Source of the DNA: Candidatus Nanopelagicales bacterium
GTDB taxonomy: Bacteria > Actinomycetota > Actinomycetes > S36-B12 > UBA5976
Direction of reading: 5' to 3'
Assembly (NCBI GenBank): GCA_044341215.1
Contig: JBIISC010000004.1
Span: 1-57,021 of the forward strand
Length of the DNA: 57,021 bases
This document shows, one piece after another, positions 52,307 through 57,021 of this stretch (position 1 is the stretch's first letter; every line of letters begins with the position of its first letter). The translations under genes and the position numbers were made by a program. The notes beneath the pieces were generated by a model that was given only the letters and a program-made list of their open reading frames with translations, was not told where the DNA came from and made no database searches.

Positions 52307-52480
52307 TTGAAATTTACCTCCAGGCGCAGGGGAAGGATGCACCAATCAGCCCATTTTGCCTCAAAATGACGCTTAACTCGTGATGAATTGCGCAGGAACC
52401 GCGGTTAAATAGTGCAGAAATGTCCAAGTACCCCAATATCGCAATTTTTGGCAGGTGCCCAACAGGTTTTGGGGCAGAAT

Positions 52481-53899
52481 ATGTCTCCTGATGCTAAGGA
52501 AAATCCTGCCTTGAAAATTGCTCGTTTTGCCCGAATAGCCGCTATCGGTGTGCTAATTGCCACCGTAGTTAGCGGTGGTGCGATTACTTATATCAATTCA
52601 GCAGTTGGAAACATCAAAACTCAGAATGTTGATGATCAACTCGGACCTGATCGCCCAGAACCTGGTCCGGCCATCAACCTCTTGTTGATTGGTTCTGATA
52701 CTCGATCTGGACAGGGAAAAGGATTTGGCCACGTAGGTCAATTTGGCGGTCAACGTTCTGACACAAATATCTTGGTTCATATTTCTGAAAATCGTGACTG
52801 GGCAACCGCAGTCAGCATTCCGCGTGACACATCAGTAGATATGCCAGATTGCACCCGCGAAGATGGAACCATTTCTAAAGGCTATAACGGGCGATTCAAT
52901 GAAGCATTTGGTCGCGGTGGCGCAGCTTGTGTTATCAAAACAATTGAAACTCTCACTGACATAAAGATTGATCACTTCATCATCATTGACTTCACTGGAT
53001 TTAAAAATGTAGTAGATGCAATCGATGGCGTAGACGTTTGTTTAACTGCGGCAGTCAATGATAAGAAAAGTCATTTGAATTTACCAAAAGGTGTTTCCAC
53101 AATTTTTGGTAAAACTGCACTCGCCTTTGTTCGAGCACGCGAGAGCCTTGCCGATGGTGGCGATATTTCACGTATTCGTCGTCAACAAGACTTCTTGGCC
53201 TCAATGGTTCGAAAAGCAACCAGCAAAGGCACTTTGCTAAATCCTTTTAAAGTAACGGCCTTGATTAAAGCGGTAACCGGTTCCCTAACAACAGATGAAG
53301 CCCTTGGCTCGGTTGATGGACTAAAAGAACTTGCATTCAACATGCAAGAACTCAAACCAAGCAGTGTTCGATTTATCACTGCGCCATGGAAGCCAGATCC
53401 AAACAACTGGGTGAAAGTTGTCTTCTCAGAAAAAGCTACTGAGCTTTGGACAGCACTTAAGAGTGACACTCAATGGCCAACTCCACCAGATAATGGTCCT
53501 GACGGAAATCCCTTGACCGTGGATCCAAACGATGTTTATCTGGCAGTTTTAAATGCAACTGAGACAAGCGGTTTAGCATCCGACAAAGCAAAATTGTTTG
53601 CAACTCTCGGTTACAACGTTAAGGGCACAGCCAATGCGCCAGTTGCACTTGGTGAAGAAACCGCAATTTATGCAATTAAAGGTAAAGAAAAACAAGCCCA
53701 AACTTTGGCCACCGCTATAGGAATTACGAAAATAAAGATTCTGAAGAAACAAGGCACCTTGCCAGCAGGTTTGGTGGTTGTAGTTGGAACCGATTGGATC
53801 GATCCAAAAGCAGTCAAAGTTAAAACCAAAGCATCTTCAACTTTGTATGGACCTACTGAAGGCCGAGCAGCTGACGAAACTGACTGTTCACCAGCCTAA
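52481..53899 (+). CDS. LytR-CpsA-Psr (LCP) family glycopolymer-to-peptidoglycan ligase with LytR_C-like C-terminal domain
   Basis: One TM followed by NLLLIGSDTR...RSDTNILVHIS...SIPRDT. The start is ATG 52481, or GTG 52412 for the longest ORF. Confidence 0.9.
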   Translation: MSPDAKENPALKIARFARIAAIGVLIATVVSGGAITYINSAVGNIKTQNVDDQLGPDRPEPGPAINLLLIGSDTRSGQGKGFGHVGQFGGQRSDTNILVHISENRDWATAVSIPRDTSVDMPDCTREDGTISKGYNGRFNEAFGRGGAACVIKTIETLTDIKIDHFIIIDFTGFKNVVDAIDGVDVCLTAAVNDKKSHLNLPKGVSTIFGKTALAFVRARESLADGGDISRIRRQQDFLASMVRKATSKGTLLNPFKVTALIKAVTGSLTTDEALGSVDGLKELAFNMQELKPSSVRFITAPWKPDPNNWVKVVFSEKATELWTALKSDTQWPTPPDNGPDGNPLTVDPNDVYLAVLNATETSGLASDKAKLFATLGYNVKGTANAPVALGEETAIYAIKGKEKQAQTLATAIGITKIKILKKQGTLPAGLVVVVGTDWIDPKAVKVKTKASSTLYGPTEGRAADETDCSPA

Positions 53900-53903
53900 A
53901 TCT

Positions 53904-54893
53904 TTATTTGTCCGGGCTTGTTAAAAAGCCCCAACCCCAAGCCATGTGCATTGTTGCTAGTGCGAGTGGAATCAATAATCTAGTTTTAAAGTCAACATTT
54001 CTCGCAATAAACAATCCAATGAATTTAACTGCTGCAATATAAAGCAACGGAATTCCTAGTCCCAATATCCAACAAGTATTCGTGACCAATCCGGATAGTC
54101 CAACAATTAGTCCGATTGCGTTAGCTAGTAATGCAGTTGGTGGCGCGAAATATCGAAGCGCATGCAAACCTATTGCAGTTTCTGGGTGCATTTTCATAAC
54201 GCGTCTGCGCCATTGACCGTATTGCAAATACTGCTTAGCCAATGTGCCAACGGTTCTACGCGGGCGATAGGTAACTTTGAGAGCTGGATTGAACCAAATC
54301 TTTCCACCAGTTTTTCGAATCCGATGATTCATTTCCCAATCTTGTGCCCGCGTCATAGCTGGGTCATAGCCACCAACTCGGTCTAATGCCGATTTCTTAA
54401 AGCAACCCAAATAAACAGTTTCAACTTCACCTTCACTTCCACCAACATGGAAGGCAGCAGCTCCTACTCCTAGTTTGGAAGTCATCGCCCAGGCAACTGC
54501 CTTTTGAAAAGTGCTCTCTCCTTGCGCGTCCATGATGCCGCCAACATTGTCAGCGCCGGTTCGATGCAAAGTTTCTACTGCAAGTGAAACATAATTGCTG
54601 GGAAGTAATGCATGGCCATCACACCTGACAACAACTTCGCCAGTTGCTACTTCAATTGCACAGTTGAGCGCATCCGGTGTGCGACCGGTCTGGTTCATTA
54701 CAACAACAACTTTGGGATTTTTAGCAGCTAATTCGCGGGCTATCTCTTCGGTGCGATCAATACTTGGCCCAACCGACAAAATAACTTGCTGAAGGTTTGA
54801 GTAATCCTGATTCAACGAGGCTTCAACAACCTGAGCTAAATACCGTTCTTCATTGAGTACCGGAATCATGATGCTGACAGTTGGTTGCATCAC
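53904..54893 (-). CDS. Family-2 glycosyltransferase with C-terminal membrane helices
   Basis: VSIMIPVLNEERYL, a DGH-type motif VVRCDGHA, and two or three C-terminal TM segments. Confidence 0.88.
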   Translation of the reverse strand: MMQPTVSIMIPVLNEERYLAQVVEASLNQDYSNLQQVILSVGPSIDRTEEIARELAAKNPKVVVVMNQTGRTPDALNCAIEVATGEVVVRCDGHALLPSNYVSLAVETLHRTGADNVGGIMDAQGESTFQKAVAWAMTSKLGVGAAAFHVGGSEGEVETVYLGCFKKSALDRVGGYDPAMTRAQDWEMNHRIRKTGGKIWFNPALKVTYRPRRTVGTLAKQYLQYGQWRRRVMKMHPETAIGLHALRYFAPPTALLANAIGLIVGLSGLVTNTCWILGLGIPLLYIAAVKFIGLFIARNVDFKTRLLIPLALATMHMAWGWGFLTSPDK

Positions 54894-55318
54894 TTACCTA
54901 ACTTTCGCCACTCAATTGCTGGGCATTTATTCATTACAACTTGCATGCCAGAGTCAATGGCTCGTCTAGCCGCATCTTCATCAACGATTTCTAGTTGCAT
55001 CCAAATAGCTGGCAGTTTCAATGCGATTGCCTCATCTGCAATCTGTCCCACACGTTTTGCTGCTACGAAACAATCCACTACATCAATCTCATGGCCATCG
55101 GCAATTGCTGCGGTTAATGACGTGTATCCCTTTTCGCCGTGAACAACTTCAGCGCGTGGATGGATTGGAATAATTTTCTTGCCATGCTTTTGTAAGATTT
55201 TTGCTACGCCGTATGCAGGTTTAGTTTCATCTTGCCCAAGACCTACAACTGCCCAAGTTTTTGCAGAATTAAGAATTTGTTCTGCTATTTCATCAGTTCC
55301 ATAAAGGTTGGTTTGCAT
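54890..55318 (-). CDS. CoA-binding domain protein (YccU/YneT-like)
   Basis: 142 aa with WAVVGLGQDETKPAYGVAKILQKHGKKIIPIHP. It has 4-nt and 1-nt overlaps with its neighbours. Confidence 0.85.
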   Translation of the reverse strand: MQTNLYGTDEIAEQILNSAKTWAVVGLGQDETKPAYGVAKILQKHGKKIIPIHPRAEVVHGEKGYTSLTAAIADGHEIDVVDCFVAAKRVGQIADEAIALKLPAIWMQLEIVDEDAARRAIDSGMQVVMNKCPAIEWRKLGK

Positions 55319-55836
55319 TAATTTGTGAATCCTGGGGTTTGGCGCTTGCGCCGAACCACTTCGCCTTTGGCTTTTGCTTGGCTTTCGAGGTCTTGCATGT
55401 ATGAATTCATTTTCTCTGCCAAAGCTGCATCACTTGTGGCAAGGATTTTAACTGCCAACAAACCGGCATTCTTTGAATTACCAATTCCGACAGTTGCGAC
55501 TGGAACGCCACTAGGCATTTGAACAATTGAAAGCAGGGAGTCCATGCCATCTAATTGCGATAATGGAACTGGAACTCCGATTACTGGCAAAGAAGTTGCT
55601 GATGCGATCATCCCTGGCAGATGAGCCGCTCCACCTGCACCGGCAATGATTACTTTAATTCCGCGCGCCTGTGCATTCTTTGCAAAATCCAACATTGCTT
55701 GTGGCATGCGATGTGCTGAAACCACATCAGTTTCATGTGCAATTGAAAAGTCTTCGAGTATCTGTGATGCCGCTTCCATAGTTGGCCAGTCAGAATCGCT
55801 GCCCATCACGATTGAAACGAGTGGTTTTTCGCTCAT
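55318..55836 (-). CDS. purE: N5-carboxyaminoimidazole ribonucleotide mutase
   Basis: 172 aa with [20 protein letters not shown] and [10 protein letters not shown]. Confidence 0.96.
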   Translation of the reverse strand: MSEKPLVSIVMGSDSDWPTMEAASQILEDFSIAHETDVVSAHRMPQAMLDFAKNAQARGIKVIIAGAGGAAHLPGMIASATSLPVIGVPVPLSQLDGMDSLLSIVQMPSGVPVATVGIGNSKNAGLLAVKILATSDAALAEKMNSYMQDLESQAKAKGEVVRRKRQTPGFTN

Positions 55837-55838
55837 CT

Positions 55839-56996
55839 TTACTCCTCGATATTTCCAATTAGGTAGTCCGCTGCATGTTGAGCCCGCCGCAAAGCATCTT
55901 CGAGATCTTCACTGCTCACATTTACATGCCCAATTTTGCGCCCTTTTCGCACTTCTTTGCCGTACATATGAATTTTCACGTGTGGGTCGCGCGCCATACA
56001 GTGTTTGAACGCATGAAACATGTCTGAGAAATCTCCGCCAATAACGTTGACCATCACGGTCCACTCAGATTTAGCTTTTGGTGAACCAAGTGGAAGGTCC
56101 AATACAGCACGCAAATGATTTTCAAATTGACTTGTAATTGCACCATCTATCGACCAGTGGCCGCTGTTGTGCGGTCGCATAGCTAATTCATTTACCAATA
56201 TTTCAGATCCGGTATCAAAAAGTTCCACTGCTAGCATTCCGGTAACATCAAGTGCATCTGCAATCTGCATAGCAACTCGTTGAGCTTCAACTGCACGTTC
56301 TGGGTCCAAGTTTGGAGCTGGTGCGATCACAACTGAACACATGCCCTCTTTTTGTTGAGTTTCAACAACTGGGTAGGCAATCATCTGTGGATGTGGTGAA
56401 CGTGCAACTTGCGCACTTAATTCCCGTTCGAATGGAATGAATTCTTCGGCCAGCCACTGCACATCTGATCCAAGAGGTTGCGAAAGTAAATCTGCAAGTT
56501 CAGTTTCATCTTTACAAACCCAAACACCGCGTCCGTCATAGCCACCGCGCGAGACTTTGATGATGAATGGGTAGCTAACAACATTTGCAAATTCGACACC
56601 ATCTGAAATTGAATTCAAAACTTTCCACTTTGGTTGTTTGATTTCAAGGCTTTCAAGTTTTTGTCTCATTAAAACTTTGTCTTGCGCGTGTGCAAGTGCT
56701 TTTGAACCTGGGCGAACTACAACTCCACGACTTTCTAAGTCTCTGATGATCTCAAGTGGCACATGCTCATGATCGAAAGTGACCACATCAGCACCGATGG
56801 CAATTTTCTCGATTGCTGCTGCATCGTCATGTTGACCAATAAATATTTCGCCAACTACTTGGGCAGCGCTCTCAGTTGGGCTTTGAGAAAGTACTCGTAA
56901 CTCGACCCCCAGCGCGATAGCAGCTTGTTGGGTCATACGCGACAACTGGCCTCCGCCAATCATCACAACGGTGGGAAATCCGTGCGCTTTTGCCAC
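55839..56996 (-). CDS. purK: N5-carboxyaminoimidazole ribonucleotide synthase (ATP-grasp)
   Basis: 385 aa with [11 protein letters not shown], an ATP-grasp core and a C-terminal GRKIGHV. GTG start. Confidence 0.95.
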   Translation of the reverse strand: MAKAHGFPTVVMIGGGQLSRMTQQAAIALGVELRVLSQSPTESAAQVVGEIFIGQHDDAAAIEKIAIGADVVTFDHEHVPLEIIRDLESRGVVVRPGSKALAHAQDKVLMRQKLESLEIKQPKWKVLNSISDGVEFANVVSYPFIIKVSRGGYDGRGVWVCKDETELADLLSQPLGSDVQWLAEEFIPFERELSAQVARSPHPQMIAYPVVETQQKEGMCSVVIAPAPNLDPERAVEAQRVAMQIADALDVTGMLAVELFDTGSEILVNELAMRPHNSGHWSIDGAITSQFENHLRAVLDLPLGSPKAKSEWTVMVNVIGGDFSDMFHAFKHCMARDPHVKIHMYGKEVRKGRKIGHVNVSSEDLEDALRRAQHAADYLIGNIEE

Positions 56997-57002
56997 AGCC
57001 CA

Positions 57003-57008
57003 AGCCTA
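57003..57008 (-). promoter_or_regulatory. -10-like TAGGCT, 6 nt upstream of the purK GTG (leaderless geometry)
   Basis: The minus strand reads TAGGCT TGGGCT GTG. Confidence 0.3.
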
Positions 57009-57021
57009 AACGAATTTTGAG

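Noticed and set aside
52307-52480. The divergent SpoIID/LCP control region as a possible c-di-AMP (ydaO-type) or other riboswitch, because such elements precede wall hydrolase genes in actinobacteria.
   Set aside because: The SpoIID-side leader is at most about 100 nt. It shows only one short hairpin (CATTTTG-AGG-CAAAATG, 52352-52368) and none of the conserved motif elements I can recall.

Overview
This 57-kb window is almost entirely coding, about 45 genes with very short spacers. It looks like core genome of a streamlined, AT-leaning actinobacterium. GC looks mid-40s percent by eye and was not computed. The lineage call rests on MtrA-MtrB-LpqB, WhiB, DUF3499, the GlgE alpha-glucan pathway and gatCAB. 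A freshwater acI/Nanopelagicales-like organism is only a guess. Three classical actinobacterial synteny blocks lie back to back. Block 1 is ilvC-ilvN-ilvB / ilvD / gatB-gatA-gatC / ligA / mnmA / cysteine desulfurase / ETF-like, all on the minus strand. Block 2 is glgX, glgP, glgE-glgB and a Trx-TPR protein. Block 3 is secA, ComF-like, lpqB-mtrB-mtrA, ahcY, CDF, SIS isomerase, manB, DUF3499, DUF5719-like, a large GT2, whiB, manC, a SpoIID giant protein, an LCP ligase, a GT2, a CoA-binding protein and purE-purK. I saw no rRNA, tRNA, CRISPR array, IS element, integrase, prophage or recognisable defence island, and no convincing brand-new system. The observations most worth a second look are: (a) a leaderless Ile/Val leader peptide plus terminator hairpin upstream of ilvBNC; (b) a recurrent TANNNT-N6/7-start-codon geometry implying many leaderless transcription units; (c) a single-polypeptide, shortened and degenerate EtfB-EtfA fusion coupled to the cysteine desulfurase and mnmA; (d) the conserved but uncharacterised whiB-linked envelope module, comprising a 1021-aa GT2 with a polytopic membrane domain, a DUF5719-like protein, DUF3499 and an unlisted 50-aa Trm112-like ORF inside a GDP-mannose supply operon; (e) a LuxR regulator with a pseudo-receiver domain; (f) a 4 x 17-nt tandem array straddling the gatB stop codon. 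All family assignments come from motif recognition and remembered synteny, not from database searches.
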